32,000 bases of DNA from Egibacteraceae bacterium. GTDB lineage: Bacteria; Actinomycetota; Nitriliruptoria; Euzebyales; Egibacteraceae. The stretch covers positions 1 through 32,000 of the forward strand of contig JBBDQS010000048.1 of assembly GCA_040905805.1 (NCBI GenBank), given 5' to 3'. Of the stretch, positions 1 to 7,832 are shown one piece after another (the stretch's first letter is position 1; each line of letters starts with the position of its first letter). A program made the position numbers and the translations under genes. A model generated the notes under the pieces. That model saw only the letters and a list, made by a program, of their open reading frames with translations, was not told the DNA's origin and made no database searches.

Positions 1-424
1 CCCCCCCACACCCGGCACAGCAGAGAATCGCCCTCGCGGGCTCGGGCGATTCACGAGTCAGCCGGGTGTCGCTCATCAGGCCCGCCTCACCTCCACCGCT
101 TGCTCCGACGCGTGCATCATAACCCGGGGCTCCACCGTGACCGCTTGCCGGTTCCGACGAGATGCCTGGTACGGGCGCTACCGCTGCGCGACGTGGGCGC
201 CTGGGGGCTGAGCTCGGCCGCCGGCAGAATTCCCCCCCTGACACTGGTGTGGAGTTGTATGATGCTGCTCCTTGCAACGTCGCGGTGCCCACCACGGTGG
301 CGTCCGCGGGCTCTGTTCCAAGGGACCGAGGTGTGCGGCGGGCAGGGTCGGGAGGCGAGCGAGCGACCGGGGCGGCTTGGCAGCGTGCCACCGCCGGTCC
401 GGCGCTCGGGCGAGGGGTCGGAGC

Positions 425-1195
425 ATGAAGCTGTCAGGTCGGGTCGCCCTGGTCACCGGGGCATCGCGTGGGATCGGGCGGGCCATCGCGTCGGCGCTCG
501 CGGCGGAGGGTGCGGCGGTGGCGGTCAACTACCGCTCCCGTCAATCCGAGGCCGACGAGGTCGTGCGCGAGATCGAGGATGGCGGAGGCAAGGCGATCGC
601 GGTCGGCGGCGACGTGGCCGACTACGAGGCGGCCGGCCGCATCGTCGAGGAGACCATCGGCGGGCTCGGCGGGTTGCACGTGCTCGTGAACAACGCGGGA
701 ATCGCTCGCGACGCGCTGATCTTCAACATGGAGCCCGAGGACTGGCTCGACGTCATGAAGGTCAACTTCGGCGGCGTGTTCAACTGCACGAAGGCCGTCA
801 TGTCCCACTTCATGGCGCAGCGAGACGGCGTCATCGTCAACATCTCCTCGGTCATGGGCGAACGCGGATGGACCGGCGAGTCGAACTACGCCGCCTCCAA
901 AGCCGCGGTCAACGCTTTCACCCGGTGCGCCTCCCTCGAGCTCGCGCGCTTCGGCATCCGCGTGAACGCGGTCCTGCCCGGCTTCGCCCCCACGGACCTC
1001 GTCGCCGGCCTCGTCGAGCGTGACGGCGGCAAGGGCATCAAGAAGCAGCTGCCGATGCGCGCGCTCGGCAAGGTCGAGGAGATCGCCAACGTCGCGACCT
1101 TCCTCGCCGGACCCGACTCGAGCTACATGACCGGCACCCTGGTCCCCGTCGACGGTGGCGCACAGGCGGTGCTGGGCCTCGGCCGGCCGGACTAG
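425..1195 (+). CDS. fabG: SDR-family 3-oxoacyl-ACP reductase (ketoreductase, FabG-like)
   Basis: ATG at 425 lies in frame inside track ORF 272..1195 and is preceded by GAGGGG..GGAG. Motifs: Rossmann 'VALVTGASRGIGRAIA', 'NNAG', and catalytic 'SNYAASKAAV' (YxxxK). The 51 upstream codons of the ORF are Arg/Gly junk. Confidence 0.9.
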   Translation: MKLSGRVALVTGASRGIGRAIASALAAEGAAVAVNYRSRQSEADEVVREIEDGGGKAIAVGGDVADYEAAGRIVEETIGGLGGLHVLVNNAGIARDALIFNMEPEDWLDVMKVNFGGVFNCTKAVMSHFMAQRDGVIVNISSVMGERGWTGESNYAASKAAVNAFTRCASLELARFGIRVNAVLPGFAPTDLVAGLVERDGGKGIKKQLPMRALGKVEEIANVATFLAGPDSSYMTGTLVPVDGGAQAVLGLGRPD

Positions 1196-1236
1196 GTTCC
1201 TCCGCAGGAGCTCCGCTACAGGAAAGGATCCGAGAA

Positions 1237-1647
1237 ATGACGCAGTTGACGAAAGACAAGATCAGCAGCGAGGTGCAGACGGCCGTGGCCGAGGCGCTCG
1301 CCCTCGAGGACGACGAGGTGACACTGGACGCCACCCTGATGGACGAGCTCGGCGCCGAGTCGATCGACCTGCTCGACATCCTGTTCCGGCTCGAACGGTC
1401 CCTCGGTGTGAAGATCCAGGCCTCGGACCTGGCCGACCACCTCCAGGGCGGCATCCCCGACGAGGAGTTCTCCGACGAGAACGAGATCATCAACGATCGC
1501 GGTCTGGCCCAGCTGAAGACCGCCATGCCGCAGATCGACACCGACGAGCTGTCGGGCAACCTCAAGGCCGAGGACGTCATCAACCTGTTCACGGTCCAGA
1601 ACCTGGTGGACATGGTCGCGGCCCGTGCCGAAACCTCCGCCGGCTGA
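1237..1647 (+). CDS. Acyl carrier protein, unusually long (136 aa)
   Basis: ATG at 1237 with GGAAAGGA 9 nt upstream. The protein is acidic and has the phosphopantetheine-attachment motif 'LGAESIDLLDILFRLE'. A helix-IV-like 'VINLFTVQNLVDMV' appears only after an insert of about 45-50 aa. Confidence 0.85.
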   Translation: MTQLTKDKISSEVQTAVAEALALEDDEVTLDATLMDELGAESIDLLDILFRLERSLGVKIQASDLADHLQGGIPDEEFSDENEIINDRGLAQLKTAMPQIDTDELSGNLKAEDVINLFTVQNLVDMVAARAETSAG

Positions 1648-2041
1648 GGGCGAGCAGGCCAGTCCGACCATTCGGGTCGGCATCGACATCGTCAGCATCG
1701 GTCGGGTCGAGCGCTTGCTGAGCGAGCAGCCCGCCGTCACGCAACGGGTGTTCACCGATCGCGAGCTCGAAGGCCTCGGCGGTCGTCGGCGGGTCCAACG
1801 GTTGGCCGGGCGCTTCGCCGCGAAGGAGGCGGTGCTGAAGGCCTTCGGCACCGGCCTCGGCCCGAGGATGAACTGGACCGACGTGGAGATCACGAGCGAA
1901 CCGGGTGGCCGACCCAGGGTGCGCCTGGGCGGGGCGGTGGCGGCGGCGGCACGACGCGGCGGGCTCGCGTCCGTGGACGTCTCCGTGGCGCACACCGGCG
2001 ATCTCGCCGTCGCCCACGCCATCGCGGTCTACCCGCGCTGA
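1625..2041 (+). CDS. acpS: Holo-ACP synthase (AcpS-type 4'-phosphopantetheinyl transferase)
   Basis: 'IRVGIDIVSIGRVERLL' and 'RFAAKEAVLKAFG' are typical AcpS motifs. GTG 1625 is the only canonical in-frame start upstream of GIDIV, and it overlaps the ACP gene by 23 nt. Confidence 0.8.
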   Translation: MPKPPPAEGEQASPTIRVGIDIVSIGRVERLLSEQPAVTQRVFTDRELEGLGGRRRVQRLAGRFAAKEAVLKAFGTGLGPRMNWTDVEITSEPGGRPRVRLGGAVAAAARRGGLASVDVSVAHTGDLAVAHAIAVYPR

Positions 2042-2057
2042 ATCGGGAGGCAAGAGG

Positions 2058-2510
2058 ATGCGCTTTCATCTCATCGACCGGATCGACAGCTACGAGCCGT
2101 CGACCGTCGTGCGGGCACGCAAGGTGACGTCGGTGAGCGAGTCGTACTGGGAGGACTCGCCGGCGGGCCCGATCATGCCCCCGCCGCTCGTGCTCGAGGC
2201 GCTGTGCCAGGCGGGGACCTGGCTGATCATGATCTCCACCGACACGCGCAAGCGCGCCGCGTTGCTCTCCGTCGCGTCGGTGTCCTTCCTCGCCGACGTG
2301 GAACCCGGAGATGTGATCGACCTCGTCGGCACGGTCGAGTCCATGACCGACGAGATGGCGGTTCTCTCGGGGACGGCCACCGTCGGGGACACCGCGGTGA
2401 TGGAGGCCCGCGACATCATGTGCGCGCTGATCGACGCCGAGGACCTCCAGGGCATCGAGGACACCAACCGCCTGCGCGACACGCTCCTGCGCGACGTGGT
2501 GGCGACATGA
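2058..2510 (+). CDS. Hot-dog fold FabZ/FabA-like dehydratase subunit lacking the catalytic His (Glu retained)
   Basis: ATG 2058 lies inside track ORF 1905..2510, with GGGAGG 8-13 nt upstream. The core 'FHLIDRI...WEDSPAGPIMPPPLVLEALCQAG' aligns to the FabZ motif HFPxxPhMPGVLxxEAxAQ but has no His. Confidence 0.75.
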   Translation: MRFHLIDRIDSYEPSTVVRARKVTSVSESYWEDSPAGPIMPPPLVLEALCQAGTWLIMISTDTRKRAALLSVASVSFLADVEPGDVIDLVGTVESMTDEMAVLSGTATVGDTAVMEARDIMCALIDAEDLQGIEDTNRLRDTLLRDVVAT

Positions 2511-3778
2511 AGCGGGTGGCGATCACCGGGATCGGTGCGGTCACGCCGCTCGGCAACGACGCCAAGACGACCTGGGCGGGGCTGATCGAGGGTCGCAGCG
2601 GCGTCACCCGGATCAGCACGTTCGACCCCGAGGGCTTCCCCGTGCGCATCGCCGGGACCGTGACCGACTTCGAGCTGGACCCGAGCTACGCCGACGAGAG
2701 CATGCGACGCCACCTGTCCCGCTCGGCGTCGTTCGGCCTGGCGGCCGCCGCCGAGGCGCTCGACTCCGCCGGGCTCGCCGACGCCTACCCGCCCGCGAGC
2801 CGCGGCGTGTCGGTCGCCAGCAGCGTGGGCCGACCGGAGCTGCAAGAGGTCAGCGACATCCTCGAGGAGTACGCCCGCACCGAGGGACGGCGGGTCCCGA
2901 GACAGTCGCCGTCCAGCGTCTTGCTGCGCGACCAGAACGTGGGCGCCCTGGCCATCAGCCGCTACGGTGACTGCCAGGGTCCGATGGTGAACATCAGCAC
3001 GGCCTGCGCCGGCGCGGTGCACGCGATCGGCGAGGGCTTCCGCCTGGTCCAGGAGGGCGACGCGAGCATGGTCGTCACCGGTGGGTACGACGCCCTGACG
3101 ACGTGGATGGACGTGTTGGGCTTCGCCCTCCTGGGGGCCCTGACGACCGAGTATGAGGACGAGCCGGAGCGCGCGTCACGGCCCTTCAGCGCCGACCGGG
3201 CCGGCTTCGTGATCGGCGAGGGGTCCGTCATGGTCGTGCTCGAGGACCTCGACGGCGCCCGCGGGCGGGGCGCACCCATCCTCGCCGAGCTCGCCGGATA
3301 CGGCAGCAGCATGAACGCCTACCGGATCACCGACGCGCCGTCGGACGGCAAGGGACCGGACGCCGCCATGGCCGCGGCCCTGCGGGAGTCGGGTCTCGAC
3401 GCCACCGACATCCACTACATCGCCGGTCACGGCACGGGAACCGCGGGCAACGACCTCTGCGAGACCGTCGCGATCAAGACGGTCTTCGGGCCGCACGCGT
3501 ACGACCTGGCGATCAGCTCCACGAAGTCGATGGCGGGCCACCTCACGTCTGGGGCCGGCGGTCTCGGGCTCCTGGCGACGATGGGCGCGGTGCGCGAACA
3601 CGTCGTCCCCCCGACGATCAACCTGGAGACGCCCGACCCGAAGCTGGACCTCGACTACGTCCCGAACACGGCCAGGCCGATGCGCGTCGACGCGGCGCTC
3701 GTCAACGCCTTCGCCTTCGGCGGCACCAACGCGGCGCTGGTCGTCCGCCGGTCCGACCCCGACGACGTGGAAGGTTGA
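2507..3778 (+). CDS. Beta-ketoacyl-ACP synthase (KS, FabF/KAS-II-like), catalytically complete
   Basis: ATG 2507 overlaps the upstream stop (ATGA). N-terminus is 'MKRVAITGIGAVTPLG'. The Cys-His-His triad is present in 'NISTACAGAVHA', 'AGHGTGTAGND' and 'TKSMAGHLTSGAG'; 'FAFGGTNAALVV' is also present. Confidence 0.9.
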   Translation: MKRVAITGIGAVTPLGNDAKTTWAGLIEGRSGVTRISTFDPEGFPVRIAGTVTDFELDPSYADESMRRHLSRSASFGLAAAAEALDSAGLADAYPPASRGVSVASSVGRPELQEVSDILEEYARTEGRRVPRQSPSSVLLRDQNVGALAISRYGDCQGPMVNISTACAGAVHAIGEGFRLVQEGDASMVVTGGYDALTTWMDVLGFALLGALTTEYEDEPERASRPFSADRAGFVIGEGSVMVVLEDLDGARGRGAPILAELAGYGSSMNAYRITDAPSDGKGPDAAMAAALRESGLDATDIHYIAGHGTGTAGNDLCETVAIKTVFGPHAYDLAISSTKSMAGHLTSGAGGLGLLATMGAVREHVVPPTINLETPDPKLDLDYVPNTARPMRVDAALVNAFAFGGTNAALVVRRSDPDDVEG

Positions 3779-4185
3779 GTCCCGTGCCTGCGCCCCTGGT
3801 CGTCCTCGACCGCGTCCTGAGCCTCGAGCGCGGGAAGCGCGGCAGCGCCATCCGCAACGTGCCGAACAGCCTGATTATCTTCGACACCCATTTCCCCCGC
3901 TTCCCGGTCCTGCCCGGCGTGCTGATTCTCGGCAGCATGGGCCTGCTCGCCGCGAAGGTGCTCGACGAGGGGGACGGGTGGTGGCGTCTCGCCCAGGCCG
4001 AGCGCGTGCGCTTCCGCCACTTCGTGCAACCCGGTGACCAGCTCGCCCTGTCCATCGAGGTCAAGGACGCCACGGCGTCCACGGCGACCTGCACGGCGAC
4101 CGCCAGCGTCGACGGCAAACCCGTCACGACGGTCGGCCGGCTGCGGATGGCCCGGGCGGAGCACGCCGAAGGGGGTGCTCGGTGA
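3775..4185 (+). CDS. FabZ-like hot-dog dehydratase subunit with catalytic His but Gly at the Glu position
   Basis: 'LVVLDRVLSLE...FDTHFPRFPVLPGVLILGSMGLLA' matches the E. coli FabZ core 'FLLVDRVL...[20 protein letters not shown]' closely. The start is TTG 3775 (overlapping the KS stop) or GTG 3784. Confidence 0.8.
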   Translation: MSPVPAPLVVLDRVLSLERGKRGSAIRNVPNSLIIFDTHFPRFPVLPGVLILGSMGLLAAKVLDEGDGWWRLAQAERVRFRHFVQPGDQLALSIEVKDATASTATCTATASVDGKPVTTVGRLRMARAEHAEGGAR

Positions 4186-5456
4186 GAGACGTCGTCGTCA
4201 CGGGCGTCGGCGTGCTCACCGCCCTCGGCGTCGGCGCGGAGGCGACGTGGAGCGGTCTCGTGGAGGGGCGCAGCGGGATCGGGCCGCTCGAAGGGTTCGA
4301 CGCGTCGACCCTGCACACGCGCATCGGTGCCGAGATTTCCGACTTCGACCCCACGGCGTTCGCCGAGCGGCGTTCGCTGCGGCTCATGACCCGCAACGAG
4401 CAGTTCGCCACCGCCGCCGCCAAGCTCGCCGTCGCGGACGCGGGGGCCGACCTGACCACCATCGACCCCTTGCGCACGGCGGCCTTCCTCGGTGGCAACA
4501 AGGAGATCTCCAACCCGATGAAGGTCGCCGACGCGATCCTCGCCTCACGCGGCCCCGACGGCGTGGCGACGATGGCCCGGCTGGCAACCGACGGTGTCAA
4601 GCAGTTCCACCCGTTGTTCTACGTCGAGGGCCTGCAGGCAGGGGCGCTGTTCTACGTCTCGGAGGCGTTCGGGATGAAGGGCGCCAACGCCTACTTCCAC
4701 GGCACCGCGGACTCGGGGATGACCGCGATCGGGCGGGCCTTCCGCGCCGTCCGCCGCGGCGAGGCGGACGTCGCCGTCGCCGGGGGGTTCGACGAAGCGG
4801 TCTCCTGGTGGTCGATGGCCAAGATGGACGGGCTCGGGGTGCTTTCCACCCGCAACGACCTCGGCGCCGAGGCCTTCCGGCCCTACGACCGCGACCGCAG
4901 CGGCTCGGTGCTCGGCGAGGGAGCGGCCGTCGTCGTGCTGGAGACCGCCGAGCAGGCCAAGGCCCGCGACGCCAACGTGTACGCCAAGGTCGTGGGCTTC
5001 GGCGGGGGCAACGACGCGGAAGGCCTGCTGACCCCCAATCCCGAAGGCCGTGGTCTGGTCAACGCGGTCCGTGCCGCCCTGCGCGACGCCGGCGACGACC
5101 TCGGCGCGATCGACTACGTGGCCACGCACGGGGCCGCGACCCGGCTGGGCGACCCGAGCGAGACGCTCGCCCTGCGCACGGCCCTCGGTGCGGCCGCAGA
5201 CGACGTGATGGCGAGCAGCATCAAGCCGGCCACCGGCCACCTCGTCGCGGCGGCCGGCGCACTCAACGTCGCCGTGGCGGCGCTGGCGGTCCGCCACGGT
5301 GTGGTGCCGCCGACGCTCAACCTCACGGACCCGGACCGCCACTGCGACCTCGACTGGGTCCCCGGGTCGGCGCGCGAGACCCCGGTCAACGGCGCCCTCG
5401 CGCTCGCGCGCGGCCTCGAGGGCCAGAACGTCGCGCTCGCCTTGCGGGCGGTGTGA
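4182..5456 (+). CDS. KS-like protein without active-site Cys (chain-length-factor-like partner; Asp at the Cys position)
   Basis: GTG 4182 overlaps the upstream stop (GTGA). It has the KS fold ('MRDVVVTGVGVLTALG', 'RPYDRDRSGSVLGEGAAVVVLE'). The nucleophile site reads 'FHGTADSGMTAIG', while both His are kept ('ATHGAAT', 'KPATGHLVAAAG'). Confidence 0.85.
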   Translation: MRDVVVTGVGVLTALGVGAEATWSGLVEGRSGIGPLEGFDASTLHTRIGAEISDFDPTAFAERRSLRLMTRNEQFATAAAKLAVADAGADLTTIDPLRTAAFLGGNKEISNPMKVADAILASRGPDGVATMARLATDGVKQFHPLFYVEGLQAGALFYVSEAFGMKGANAYFHGTADSGMTAIGRAFRAVRRGEADVAVAGGFDEAVSWWSMAKMDGLGVLSTRNDLGAEAFRPYDRDRSGSVLGEGAAVVVLETAEQAKARDANVYAKVVGFGGGNDAEGLLTPNPEGRGLVNAVRAALRDAGDDLGAIDYVATHGAATRLGDPSETLALRTALGAAADDVMASSIKPATGHLVAAAGALNVAVAALAVRHGVVPPTLNLTDPDRHCDLDWVPGSARETPVNGALALARGLEGQNVALALRAV

Positions 5457-5480
5457 CAACCACAGACAGGAGGAGATCCG

Positions 5481-7823
5481 ATGGCGACAGAGACTTCCCA
5501 CCCGGTTCGGGTGATGGTCGCGGGCCTCGGGGCCGTCACGTCCCAGGGCGCGACGCAGGCGTCGTTCTGGGATGGGGTCAAGAACGGGCGGGTGGCGATC
5601 CGTCCCGTCAACCACCTGCCCATGGACGGCTACCGTACGCGGATCGCGGGCGAGGTCGCCGAGGTCCCCACGCCCAAGCACGACTACCTCAGGCCGGGTG
5701 GCTTCTCCGACCGTGCCTACGACTTCGCGCTCACCGCGGCCGAGGAGGCATTCGACGCCGCGGGCATCGACTTCGACGCCGTTGCCCCTGAGCGCTGGGG
5801 GGTGGTCGTCGGCACCTGCAACGCGGGGCTCCTGAGCGGCGCCCACTGGTTCCGCCAGCGCATGAACAACCGGGAACCCGACCCGAGGCTCGTGCTGCTC
5901 GTGCCGCCGCAAGCCATCGCCGAGGCGATCGCCGGGGCGTACGGGTTGCGGGGCCCCGTCCTGTCGGTGGACACCGCCTGCGCCGCCGGGGCGAACGCCA
6001 TCGGCTACGGCGCCGAGCTCATCCGCCGCGGTCAGGCCGACGCCGTCGTGACCGGGGGCACCGACGGACTCTCAGACGTCCTCCTGGCCGGGTTCAACTC
6101 GCTCGAGTCGCTCTCGCCCGAGCCGGCCGCGCCGTACTCGAAGGACCGCCAGGGCCTGTCACTCGGTGAGGGCAGCGGCATGCTGGTGCTCGTCCGCGAC
6201 GACATCGCCGAGCGGCTCGGCGCCCCCATGCTGGCTGAGGTCGCGGGCTACAGCCTGTCGGCGGACGGCTACCACGCGACGGCACCGCATCCGGAGGGCT
6301 TCGGGGCGGCACGGGCCATCCAGGGCGCGCTGCGCGCCGCGGGCGTCTCCACGGCCGACGTGGACTACGTGAACAGCCACGGCACCGGTACGTCGAAGAA
6401 CGACCCTGCGGAGACCAGGGCGACCAAGGTGGGGCTCGGCGAGGAGGACGCCCGGCGGGTCGCGGTGAGCAGCACCAAGTCCATGGTCGGGCACCTCCTC
6501 GGCGCCGCGGGGGCGGTGGAGGGCATCGTGACGGTCCGGGCGATCGAGGAGCAGCTCGCCCCGCCGACCGCCAACTTCACCGAGGCGGACCCGGACTGCG
6601 ACCTCGACTACGTGCCGAACGTGAACCGGGCCATGACCATCGACGTGGCGGTGTCGAACAACTTCGCCTTCGGCGGCGCCAACTGCTCCGTCGTGTTCAG
6701 AGCGCCCGGGGCCGCCGTTGCCGCCCACGCCGTCCCGCCGCCTGATCGGGTGGTGGTGACCGGGATCGGGGCCCTGACTGCGGCCGGGACGACGCTCGAG
6801 GCGCTGTACGAGGCGGCGGCCGGCGGCCGTGACCTCACCGTGTCCGAGGACGGCGTCCCACTCGGCCGGGTCGACGTGCGGCCGGGTGACTTCCTCACCC
6901 CCCGCGAGCGCAAGCGCGTCGATCGGCTCGGGGTCTTCTCGATCATCGCCGCCCGCTCGGCCCTCACCGACGCGGGCATCGAGATCGAGGAGGGCAACCG
7001 CGAGCGTGTCGGTGTGATCCTCGGCACCGGTGTCGGCCCGATGGAGTCGATGGAGGACTTCTCCGCTCCGCTGTTCGCCGAGGGGCCGCGAGCGGCCAAC
7101 CCCGCGATCTTCCCCAACACCGTGTACAACGCCGCGGCGGGACAGGTCGCCATCAAGGTCGGGGTGGTGGGTCCGACGACCACCGTCACGGCCGGCCATG
7201 CGGCAGGCTCGTCCTCGCTTGTCTGTGCCTACGACCTCGCGGCCGCAGACCATGCGGACGTGCTGATCGCGCTCGGGGCAGATGCGCTGACCGACACGGT
7301 CATCGCCGCCTACCGGGGGCTCGGGGTGCTGGGCGACGGCAGCGGGAAGGGCTTCCCGCTGGCGGAGGCCGGCGTGGCGCTGGTGTGCGAGCGCCATGGC
7401 GCCGCGGCGGCCCGGGGACACATCCCCTACGGGGAGATCCTCGGCTACGGGATCGCCTCCGACGGTCTCGGCATCGGACGGTGGGACCCTGAGGGAAACG
7501 GCATGGAGCGGGCGATGCGCCTGGCGTTGGAGCAGGCCGGGCTGGAGGCCGACCGGATCGAGGCGGTGTACGCGAGCGCCGCCGGGTTGGCGGAGGCCGA
7601 CGAGCCGGAGGCCGGCGCCATCCGGCGGGTGTTCGGCGACGGGGCCGAGGTCGTCGAGGTCAAGCGGCGGCTCGGGGAGCCGATGGGCGCCGGCGGCAGC
7701 CTGTGCGCGGCTCTGGCCCTGGAGGCGTTCCGGCGCGGGGACCGTGTGAATCCCGTCGTGGTCAACTCGAGCTCGCTCGGCGGCACGCACTTCGCGGTGG
7801 TGCTCGGCCCCGCCGGTGGATAG
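5481..7823 (+). CDS. Didomain protein: complete KS (aa ~1-410) fused to a fully degenerate KS-like domain (aa ~425-780)
   Basis: RBS AGGAGGAG lies upstream of ATG 5481. The N-terminal half has 'VDTACAAGANAIG', 'NSHGTGTSKND', 'TKSMVGHLLGAAG' and 'FAFGGANCSVVF'. The C-terminal half starts again with 'RVVVTGIGALTAAG' but reads 'TVTAGHAAGSS', 'YASAAGLAEAD' and 'LGEPMGAGG' at the Cys/His/His sites. Confidence 0.85.
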   Translation: MATETSHPVRVMVAGLGAVTSQGATQASFWDGVKNGRVAIRPVNHLPMDGYRTRIAGEVAEVPTPKHDYLRPGGFSDRAYDFALTAAEEAFDAAGIDFDAVAPERWGVVVGTCNAGLLSGAHWFRQRMNNREPDPRLVLLVPPQAIAEAIAGAYGLRGPVLSVDTACAAGANAIGYGAELIRRGQADAVVTGGTDGLSDVLLAGFNSLESLSPEPAAPYSKDRQGLSLGEGSGMLVLVRDDIAERLGAPMLAEVAGYSLSADGYHATAPHPEGFGAARAIQGALRAAGVSTADVDYVNSHGTGTSKNDPAETRATKVGLGEEDARRVAVSSTKSMVGHLLGAAGAVEGIVTVRAIEEQLAPPTANFTEADPDCDLDYVPNVNRAMTIDVAVSNNFAFGGANCSVVFRAPGAAVAAHAVPPPDRVVVTGIGALTAAGTTLEALYEAAAGGRDLTVSEDGVPLGRVDVRPGDFLTPRERKRVDRLGVFSIIAARSALTDAGIEIEEGNRERVGVILGTGVGPMESMEDFSAPLFAEGPRAANPAIFPNTVYNAAAGQVAIKVGVVGPTTTVTAGHAAGSSSLVCAYDLAAADHADVLIALGADALTDTVIAAYRGLGVLGDGSGKGFPLAEAGVALVCERHGAAAARGHIPYGEILGYGIASDGLGIGRWDPEGNGMERAMRLALEQAGLEADRIEAVYASAAGLAEADEPEAGAIRRVFGDGAEVVEVKRRLGEPMGAGGSLCAALALEAFRRGDRVNPVVVNSSSLGGTHFAVVLGPAGG

Positions 7824-7832
7824 ACCTCGGCG

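Noticed and set aside
1-76. Possible 5' end of a minus-strand gene. 'cat' at 74-76 would give MSDTRLTRESPEPARAIL... running off the left edge.
   Set aside because: Only 25 codons are visible, with no recognisable motif or convincing RBS. I cannot support it from the sequence.
238-263. Promoter-like elements in the leader of the PKS operon: cTGACA (238-243) and TATGAT (258-263), the least GC-rich spot upstream of fabG.
   Set aside because: The spacer is only 14 bp, below the usual 16-18 bp, and I have no independent support. It is noted but not called.
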